From: Candidatus Omnitrophota bacterium
GTDB taxonomy: Bacteria; Omnitrophota; Omnitrophia; Omnitrophales; Aquincolibacteriaceae
Assembly (NCBI GenBank): GCA_016930235.1
Contig: JAFGHI010000025.1
Span: forward strand, 16,437 to 80,436
Length of the DNA stretch: 64,000 nt
Reading direction: 5' to 3'
Below, piece by piece: positions 57,417 to 64,000 of this stretch. The position numbers and the translations under genes were made by a program. Below the pieces are notes generated by a model. That model was not told where the DNA came from. It ran no database searches and saw only the letters and a list, made by a program, of their open reading frames with translations. The stretch's first letter is position 1, and each line of letters begins with the position of its first letter.

Positions 57417-58958
57417 TCATACCCGAGTCGATAAAGAATAAACAATTGCTCGCGGTGAATCGTCGACTCGTTCGTAATTGTCTTCCAAATACCTTTTCAA
57501 CATCGGCTCTCGATTGAGCTGATGCCGATCCGAAACTGCGAAATATTCAGCACCTTGCGATTTATAAAGTTCCAACTGATTGATTGAATTTGATTCTAAT
57601 TCGTCCTTGAAACGAACTGCGCGCTTCTTGCCAGAGCTGATTTGAAAAGCCCAGCCATCACGTTCGGTATAATACAAAAAAGATGTCGAGCTGCCATGAG
57701 ATGCAATCACCCGGCTAGCCTCTGGGACAATCTCTTTGACTTCCGACGAAGCCTCTAAAACATATCGGTCTTCGGCTGGTATGATTAAAAGCGGTGAAAT
57801 AGAAAACCGTATAGATAAGAGAATATTAAAAAATATAACGCTCGCTCCAATCATTCGCTTAAAGTGGAAACGGCGTAACAGATTAAATATTGATAAGCCG
57901 GCAAGAACAGCCAAAAAAGGAACCAAAGGTAAATAATAATACTCGAACTCAATAAATTTTCTGGGAGCGATCCAAAAACCAAGCGAGAATGCAAAAATGC
58001 TAAACCACAGGAAAGCAATTATATTTCTTCGGCCGCGCTGCATCATGAATACTGAAATAATCACAAAAACTATGCCGACTGGGGTTAAAAGCTTGTTCAT
58101 CATAATGTAAAAAACCGGCTTATAATAATCAATCCCATAAGCCATCTTGCTTCGGGTGGGATCATCGAGAACAAAGACACGTAAATTATCCAATAGACTG
58201 CTTTCAACATCGAGCGCCATTCCCTTATAGTACGCATATACATGCCATGCTATCGGAAGTGAAGATGAAATGAATATCAAAAGAAGACTATCCCTTATTT
58301 TGGAAATTCTCGGAGGACATCGTAAGAGCATCAGGAGAAGCGGCGGCATTAATAAAAGTGCGTAATAAATTCTCAAACTGATCATCACAGCAAAAAACAG
58401 TCCGCTGAAAATAAAATATCTTTTGGATGAATCCCAATATCCTTTTAAAAATAAACTATAGGCAAACAGGCCCGCTGTCAAAGCTGGGATTTCCAAAAGA
58501 AACGCTTGACCATAGATAACGGTTAGCGGAGAAAAAACATAAAAAAAAATGACCCATCCGACAACTTCTTTGTCTGGAAATATTCTTCGGAGAATGAAAT
58601 AGAAAGGAATCAGTGACAAAAAAAATAAAAAGGCTGAAAACCCGCGGCCCGATACTTCAATACCCAAACCGGTAATCTTACAAATTATTGCCACGATTGT
58701 CATGGTAAAGGGAATATCACCCAAGAATAAACGGGGCCGGCCATGCGCTAAAAAACGCATAGCGGGATGAAGGGGATCAATTCCTGTTTTTAACCATTTT
58801 TGAACAACCGTTGCATAATCCGTCTGATGTTGAGCAAAATTTCCAAGGAAAGGCTGTCCAATGCCGATTAAGTGAAGAGTTGTACCCAATAAAAGGACAA
58901 CTAAGATTAGAACAACGTTTGGTCGTAGAATATTTATTCCTTTTCGAGATTTAATCAT
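57417..58958 (-). CDS. GT-C-fold (ArnT/PMT-like) polytopic membrane glycosyltransferase with a C-terminal soluble domain
   Basis: 513 aa, about 11 TMs. Its C-terminal domain FSISPLLIIPAEDRYVLEA...HGSSTSFLYYTERDGW is shared with the partial gene at 63508+. Confidence 0.5.
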   Translation of the reverse strand: MIKSRKGINILRPNVVLILVVLLLGTTLHLIGIGQPFLGNFAQHQTDYATVVQKWLKTGIDPLHPAMRFLAHGRPRLFLGDIPFTMTIVAIICKITGLGIEVSGRGFSAFLFFLSLIPFYFILRRIFPDKEVVGWVIFFYVFSPLTVIYGQAFLLEIPALTAGLFAYSLFLKGYWDSSKRYFIFSGLFFAVMISLRIYYALLLMPPLLLMLLRCPPRISKIRDSLLLIFISSSLPIAWHVYAYYKGMALDVESSLLDNLRVFVLDDPTRSKMAYGIDYYKPVFYIMMNKLLTPVGIVFVIISVFMMQRGRRNIIAFLWFSIFAFSLGFWIAPRKFIEFEYYYLPLVPFLAVLAGLSIFNLLRRFHFKRMIGASVIFFNILLSIRFSISPLLIIPAEDRYVLEASSEVKEIVPEASRVIASHGSSTSFLYYTERDGWAFQISSGKKRAVRFKDELESNSINQLELYKSQGAEYFAVSDRHQLNREPMLKRYLEDNYERVDDSPRAIVYSLSTRV

Positions 58959-59043
58959 GAAAGTCGTTGTGCCAACATTTCAATTGCATATTGATTTTCA
59001 TTTTCTACAATCTAAATAACTTTTCGAATTCGCATAAGCCCAA

Positions 59044-60240
59044 CTAAAACACAACCGGTTTTTTCCGTTTCTTGCTTTTATTAAAAACACCATCAAGTAT
59101 TTCCTTGACTGCGGCAATAACCAACTGAACATCCCTTGACGTTAACCTTGGATACATCGGCAGACTTACAACTTCCTGGTAATACCGTTCGGTTTTAGGA
59201 TGCCTAAGGCTGGACTTCGCTAGATGCCTTTGGTAATAAGGATGATGCGTGATAGGAATATAATGAACCTGTGACATGACCCCGTACTCTTGTAAAGCTT
59301 CATAAAACCGCCGGCGATGAATGGAAGTTTTCTTTAAGTTGAGACGGAATAAATAGAGATGCCACGCATGTTTTCGATCGGGATAATGGAGTTTCGGTAA
59401 GATCACCTTTTCGCCCAAACTTTGGAGGGCTTCGCCATACTGTTCGGCGATTTCCCGTCTTCGCTTCAAAAAAAAGTCAAGCTTTCGTAACTGTGATAAT
59501 CCTAAAGCCGCCTGAAAATCCGTAATACGATAATTAAAACCGATATTGTTCATCTGATAAAACCAGTTTCCCACCCGCCTCCGAGCCGATTGAGGACGCC
59601 CGATCCCGTGATGCCTCATCTGTAACATCTTCTTGTAAAAATCCCTATTGTTGGTCGTAATACAGCCACCTTCACCGGTCGTAATGTGCTTAACGGGATG
59701 AAAGCTGAAGACAGTTATATCGGAATACTGGCAGGAGCCTATCTTTTTCCCGCGGTACTCAGCTCCGAGGGCATGACATGCATCCTCGATCACAATCAGA
59801 TCTCGACGGCGGGCAATCGCGGCGATCTCCTTGAGATCGACCGGTAATCCCGCAAAATGAACCGGAACAATCGCCTTCGAGCGTTTCGTAAGCTTCTTTT
59901 GGATTTCTTCAGGATCAATATTGACTGTGTCATAATCAATATCGGCGAAAATCGGTGTGGCTCCGGTAAAGACAGCAGCGTTGGCGGTTGCAAGAAAAGA
60001 CATGGGAGTCGTAATCACCTCATCGCCTTTTCCCATTCCCGCAACACAATAAGCCAAATGAAGACCCGCCGTTCCGCTCGAAACGGCAACGGCATATTTC
60101 GCTCCGCAATATTTCGCAATGGCTTCTTCAAATTCCCTAATTTTGGGTCCTTGAGACAGCCAATCGGATTTGAGAACTTTTACGACTTCATTGATATCAG
60201 ACTGATCGATCCATTGCCGCCCATATGGAATTTTCTTCAT
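59044..60240 (-). CDS. pseC: PseC-like DegT-family aminotransferase
   Basis: IPYGRQWIDQSDINEVVKVLKSDWLSQGPKI is a PseC-type N-terminus. The start was set at MKKIPY. Confidence 0.8.
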   Translation of the reverse strand: MKKIPYGRQWIDQSDINEVVKVLKSDWLSQGPKIREFEEAIAKYCGAKYAVAVSSGTAGLHLAYCVAGMGKGDEVITTPMSFLATANAAVFTGATPIFADIDYDTVNIDPEEIQKKLTKRSKAIVPVHFAGLPVDLKEIAAIARRRDLIVIEDACHALGAEYRGKKIGSCQYSDITVFSFHPVKHITTGEGGCITTNNRDFYKKMLQMRHHGIGRPQSARRRVGNWFYQMNNIGFNYRITDFQAALGLSQLRKLDFFLKRRREIAEQYGEALQSLGEKVILPKLHYPDRKHAWHLYLFRLNLKKTSIHRRRFYEALQEYGVMSQVHYIPITHHPYYQRHLAKSSLRHPKTERYYQEVVSLPMYPRLTSRDVQLVIAAVKEILDGVFNKSKKRKKPVVF

Positions 60241-61249
60241 TTTTTGTTTCTTCCTCATTGATCATGGTTTCGAGTTCCGGCACACTCAGCTGCCATTCTT
60301 GACCATCACTGCGGTAACCTTCAAAATCAGGTCCTAATGGCTTGGGTAAATCTTTCCGGGTCTGAGAAATAACTTTGGGGTAAGTAATGTAACGGTCTTT
60401 AAATTCATACGTAAAAGGGCCATCGTCGGATGCAATTAAAACCTCATGGAGTTTTTCACCGGGCCGTATCCCGACAACCTTCTGACGGCATCCCGGACAA
60501 ACAGCCTTGGCCAAATCGGTTATACGGATACTCGGTAATTTTGGAATAAAGATTTCTCCACCGACCATCTCTTCAAGTGATTGGATGACAAAATCCACTC
60601 CCTGGGGCAATGTAATCCAGAATCGTGTCATTCTTTCATCCGTAATAGGAACTTCTCCTTTGACCCTGCATTCCTTAAAAAAAGGCACAACGCTTCCTCT
60701 GGAGCCAAAAACATTTCCATAACGAACTACTGAAAATTTTGTCCCGAGAGGAGAATAGTTGTTCCCGGCGACAAACATCTTTTCGGCACAAAGCTTTGTG
60801 GCACCGTAAAGGTTGACCGGATTGGCGGCCTTGTCCGTGCTGAGAGCAAGCACCTTTTCAACGCCGTTATCGATCGCCACATTGATCACATTCTCTGCGC
60901 CAATAATGTTGGTTTTTACCGCTTCAAAAGGATTGTACTCGGCCGTCGGAACGATTTTTAAAGCCGCTGCGTGAACGATAATGTCGACGTTCTCAAAAGC
61001 ACGGTGCAACCGGTCAGCATCACGGACATCTCCGATAAAAAAACGAACCCGCCGTTCCGGGTCGTGGAGCTTCTGTTTCATCTCATATTGTTTCATCTCA
61101 TCGCGGCTGAATACGATGAGTTTTTTAGGGAGGCGTGTTTTTAACATCGTCTGAACAAACTGCTGTCCGAAGGAGCCCGTCCCTCCCGTTATCAAGACAA
61201 CTTTGCTTTTCCAATCAATCCCCATGTCGTAGCCCTCACTTTTCGTCAT
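60197..61249 (-). CDS. pseB: PseB-like UDP-GlcNAc 4,6-dehydratase (SDR, inverting type)
   Basis: VLITGGTGSFG...DVRD...YGATKLCAEK (Y-x3-K). Confidence 0.85.
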   Translation of the reverse strand: MTKSEGYDMGIDWKSKVVLITGGTGSFGQQFVQTMLKTRLPKKLIVFSRDEMKQYEMKQKLHDPERRVRFFIGDVRDADRLHRAFENVDIIVHAAALKIVPTAEYNPFEAVKTNIIGAENVINVAIDNGVEKVLALSTDKAANPVNLYGATKLCAEKMFVAGNNYSPLGTKFSVVRYGNVFGSRGSVVPFFKECRVKGEVPITDERMTRFWITLPQGVDFVIQSLEEMVGGEIFIPKLPSIRITDLAKAVCPGCRQKVVGIRPGEKLHEVLIASDDGPFTYEFKDRYITYPKVISQTRKDLPKPLGPDFEGYRSDGQEWQLSVPELETMINEEETKNEENSIWAAMDRSV

Positions 61250-61529
61250 TAATCTTCTGTTTCGCTTCGCTCACCACGTCGTCTTCGTGAAGCCATCGTC
61301 TTCCCTTGTTATAAATCTTCCCCACCCGGTCCTCAAGTTTCGGAGAAACCATCCTTAAGATTTCTTTTCCCAATATCCTGTATTGTTTACCCACTTTAGC
61401 CGCCCGGATAATACCCTTTTTGATTAATCGGGTCATCGTACTCGAGCTGACCTTAAGGATTTTCTGCGTCTCTTCCAGCGTATAGATCTCGTTTTCATTC
61501 ACGATCATAGGAAACCTCACAAACTGCAT
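61236..61529 (-). CDS. Small excisionase-family HTH DNA-binding protein (paralogous in type to 12754..12960)
   Basis: YTLEETQKILKVSSSTMTRLIKKGII. It is the first gene of the pse operon. Confidence 0.55.
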   Translation of the reverse strand: MQFVRFPMIVNENEIYTLEETQKILKVSSSTMTRLIKKGIIRAAKVGKQYRILGKEILRMVSPKLEDRVGKIYNKGRRWLHEDDVVSEAKQKINDEK

Positions 61530-61657
61530 TCGTAAATTATTAAACTAAGGGAAGGATTATAATCTACTCAATGCAACATGTCAATAGACGTCATCAGTAG
61601 TCATTGGTAGTCAATATCAGCATAACTCATAGGATAATTTGCCGTTCGATCATTAAC

Positions 61658-63511
61658 TTAGATGGGCTTTGTGGTGCGTCGGTAGACATCATACTTCAAG
61701 CCCTGAGATCCGACCTTTTCGCTGATATTCTCATAATAGCCAACTCGAGTTAATTCCTTAAAATACGGCTCAGGACGGAAACGATCTTCTGATTGTCTCG
61801 ATTGGGAATACGGATGAGAATCAGCCACAATCGCAATATGGCGGATGTCGTTTTTATCGAGCAATTGAACCGTTTTTTCTTCTCGGTCAAAATCAGGGTA
61901 TCGAGTAAAATTTCTAAAGGTCATCTCTCTTATCGCGATTAAATCATAATAATAGGCCTTGTTATCCCCCACGAGGAGCACTTTTTCCTTCGGGTTATTA
62001 ATCCTAGCGCTAACCCATTGCCCCATTCCTCGAGCAGGATCACTCGTGCGAACAAAAAAATCCTTTTTCACATGATAACCCGCCCATAGAAGCTGGATGA
62101 AGCCAATCAATACGAATGTTGCCCCCATCACTTGGGCCAAACGGGCATATCGCTTCTGAACGTTCGCAAATCCAATACCGGAAAGTACCGCCACTAAGGC
62201 CAAACCTGGAAGAAGATATCTTGTATATTGCGAAAGATTAAACCAGATCACTGTATAAACCAACAAAAAACACCACAGATACAAATGTTTTCGAAATGAA
62301 AAAAGCATAAGCGGAAAAGAGACCAGAAAAAGAAGGCCCAATTTGTCGCCTCCAAACAAAGCTGGCTTGAATGTCATGGAAACTGGAAGAAGAATAAAAT
62401 CAAGGACTCCTTTTCCTGTCCCTGCAATAAAATGACTGACATTCGAACCCACTAACCCAGCCTGAGTAAGCCCGTAACCAAAAGGCGTGCCGAATATCTT
62501 CTGCGCAAAAGGAAAGACAGGATTCCCATAAACTATCCAGGATCGGAGATAAAAAGGCAAGCCGGCCAACGTCAAACCAAACAAAAAGAGTAAGTTATTC
62601 CTGAAAACCTGTTTTTTTTGATGTCCTTGAAACCATTCCAACAAAATCACGGGGGACATTGCAACAACACCATAGAGCGCCAGATATTTTGTCGCAACCG
62701 CAGCGCCGCAGAAAAGACCTGCGAGAAAACTTACCCCCCATCCCTTTCCTTTGGAACTTTCCATTCTCATCAGAAGCAAAGCCATGATTAAGAAAGTAGA
62801 GAAAAATATATCATTGTAGGTCGACGGAGCATGGAAGAAAAAAACGGGACCGCCTGCAATTAGCAATGTAGTCAAAAGCGATGCTGTCATATTTTGAGTT
62901 CGAGTCCATACAAAATATCCGCACGAAAGACTGAGGGCCACGTAAAGCAAAAAGGAGACAGCCTTCGACAATACAATCGTATGGAGAACCTCGCCGGGCA
63001 CAAAACTCATTTCGGCAAGAAGCGGCCAAAAAGCGTGCTCCGAATAAGGAATATGCCAAATTTTTCCCATCAAGACGAACATTTTCGGCAAATAGAGATG
63101 GTATACAAGAGAATCGCCATCGACATAGGAAGCCCAGCATCGGGAAAACGTAAATAAAAAAATGACGAAAATCTCCGATGCAATAAGGACATTGATCCAT
63201 CCTGCATGTCGGATCTTCAGAAAAAACTTGCGAAAGGCTGCGGGCAAAAAACTAAGCTGCTTCCAACCCAAAATCAGGGATACAAGAGAAATTCCTCCAT
63301 AAAACCAGACCGAGTAGAGCCCAAGTAACCCTACGAGCCCCGTAACGAACCAAAAGTAGGCATAAAAAATAACTCCTGTAACAAACGCCGCTATAGAAAA
63401 GAAGAAAGAGGGTAAGTCATCATTCATGCGGAGGCGAATAATTTTCAGAAAAATGGTCCCATTAGCTAGGAAACTCAGACCCATAAATAAGAAGAGGAAA
63501 AGTTCCATCAT
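61658..63511 (-). CDS. Large polytopic membrane protein (617 aa; GT-C-like, family unknown) with a C-terminal soluble domain
   Basis: About 13 TMs and a C-terminal hydrophilic domain of roughly 150 aa. Confidence 0.4.
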   Translation of the reverse strand: MMELFLFLFMGLSFLANGTIFLKIIRLRMNDDLPSFFFSIAAFVTGVIFYAYFWFVTGLVGLLGLYSVWFYGGISLVSLILGWKQLSFLPAAFRKFFLKIRHAGWINVLIASEIFVIFLFTFSRCWASYVDGDSLVYHLYLPKMFVLMGKIWHIPYSEHAFWPLLAEMSFVPGEVLHTIVLSKAVSFLLYVALSLSCGYFVWTRTQNMTASLLTTLLIAGGPVFFFHAPSTYNDIFFSTFLIMALLLMRMESSKGKGWGVSFLAGLFCGAAVATKYLALYGVVAMSPVILLEWFQGHQKKQVFRNNLLFLFGLTLAGLPFYLRSWIVYGNPVFPFAQKIFGTPFGYGLTQAGLVGSNVSHFIAGTGKGVLDFILLPVSMTFKPALFGGDKLGLLFLVSFPLMLFSFRKHLYLWCFLLVYTVIWFNLSQYTRYLLPGLALVAVLSGIGFANVQKRYARLAQVMGATFVLIGFIQLLWAGYHVKKDFFVRTSDPARGMGQWVSARINNPKEKVLLVGDNKAYYYDLIAIREMTFRNFTRYPDFDREEKTVQLLDKNDIRHIAIVADSHPYSQSRQSEDRFRPEPYFKELTRVGYYENISEKVGSQGLKYDVYRRTTKPI

Positions 63512-64000
63512 GAAGATTTCTTCAGCAAGTAGACAAGAGAATGCTCCGATTGGTCGATGCGTTCATAATTCTGTGCCAGGTATTCATAAAATTCCGGAAC
63601 AGACGATATCTGACTTTTATCGGCCAACGCGAAATAATCGGCTCCTTGCGAGCGATATTTCTCAAGCTGAGCAATGGGCGTCGCTTCTTTATCATAAAAT
63701 TTACGGACAAGATTTCTCTCCTCACTTCTTGGACTGAGAGTCCAACCGTCCCGATTCGTGTAGTATAGAAAAGAAGTTGAACTTCCGTGTCTCGTCACCA
63801 CCTTTGACCTTTCGGGCACTAATGAACGAACCATCTCGGCCGCTTCCAGAACATATCGATCCTCAGCAGGAATAATTAAAAGCGGACTGATTGAAAAACG
63901 ACAAGCCAGCATGGCGTTAAAAAGAAGAATAGAAATCGTCAGAAACTTTCGAAATGACGGCGCTAAAGCGTAAATCCCCTGGACAGCGGTAGCAGCAAGA
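63508..64000 (-). CDS. C-terminal part of a second ArnT/PMT-like membrane protein, paralog of 57417..58958; N-terminus beyond the window
   Basis: FSISPLLIIPAEDRYVLEAAEMV...HGSSTSFLYYTNRDGW is nearly identical in pattern to the C-terminus of 57417..58958. The frame is open to the window end. Confidence 0.6.
   Translation of the reverse strand, partial: LAATAVQGIYALAPSFRKFLTISILLFNAMLACRFSISPLLIIPAEDRYVLEAAEMVRSLVPERSKVVTRHGSSTSFLYYTNRDGWTLSPRSEERNLVRKFYDKEATPIAQLEKYRSQGADYFALADKSQISSVPEFYEYLAQNYERIDQSEHSLVYLLKKSS

Overview
This 64 kb window is a bacterial chromosomal segment, roughly mid-GC, that is almost entirely coding. About 60 of the ~62 genes are on the minus strand. It is a large polysaccharide/glycoconjugate biosynthesis region in four blocks.

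(1) 1-5.5 kb: GT4/GT2 glycosyltransferases, a Wzx flippase and a flippase-like LPG-synthase-TM protein.

(2) 7-13 kb: a polysaccharide export module (Wza-like exporter, Wzz-type co-polymerase, ExeA-like AAA ATPase, BY tyrosine kinase), which matches the PEP-CTERM/EPS-locus pattern. It is headed by a small HTH gene and a divergent AsnB-like amidotransferase.

(3) 15-23 kb: housekeeping genes (gap, fmt, def, priA, family-4 UDG) interleaved with glycosyltransferases.

(4) 23-64 kb: an initiating sugar-phosphate transferase, many GT2/GT4/GT9 enzymes, a Wzy-like polymerase, a carbamoyltransferase, a CDP-alcohol phosphatidyltransferase, and a complete nonulosonic-acid (pseudaminic-acid-like) pathway: PseB, PseC, PseG-like, NeuB/PseI-like, CMP-transferase. 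That pathway carries an unusually rich tailoring set: formyltransferase, hexapeptide acetyltransferase, two methyltransferases, WbqC, radical-SAM/SPASM, aldo-keto reductase, class-III aminotransferase. It is followed by three paralogous GT-C-like membrane proteins.

The most unusual content is non-coding. Three families of miniature inverted-repeat elements have arms built from degenerate tandem heptamers. They fill intergenic gaps and abut stop codons. One family is linked to three paralogous four-helix-bundle (23S-rRNA-IVS-type) protein genes. One full-length copy carries a 4HB gene between its arms; shorter copies retain the 4HB start-codon remnant; and one copy sits in-frame inside a DUF457 membrane hydrolase gene. 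No rRNA, tRNA or CRISPR was seen. Several of the gene-start adjustments below and all mobile-element interpretations are inferences from reading the sequence and need alignment and search confirmation.
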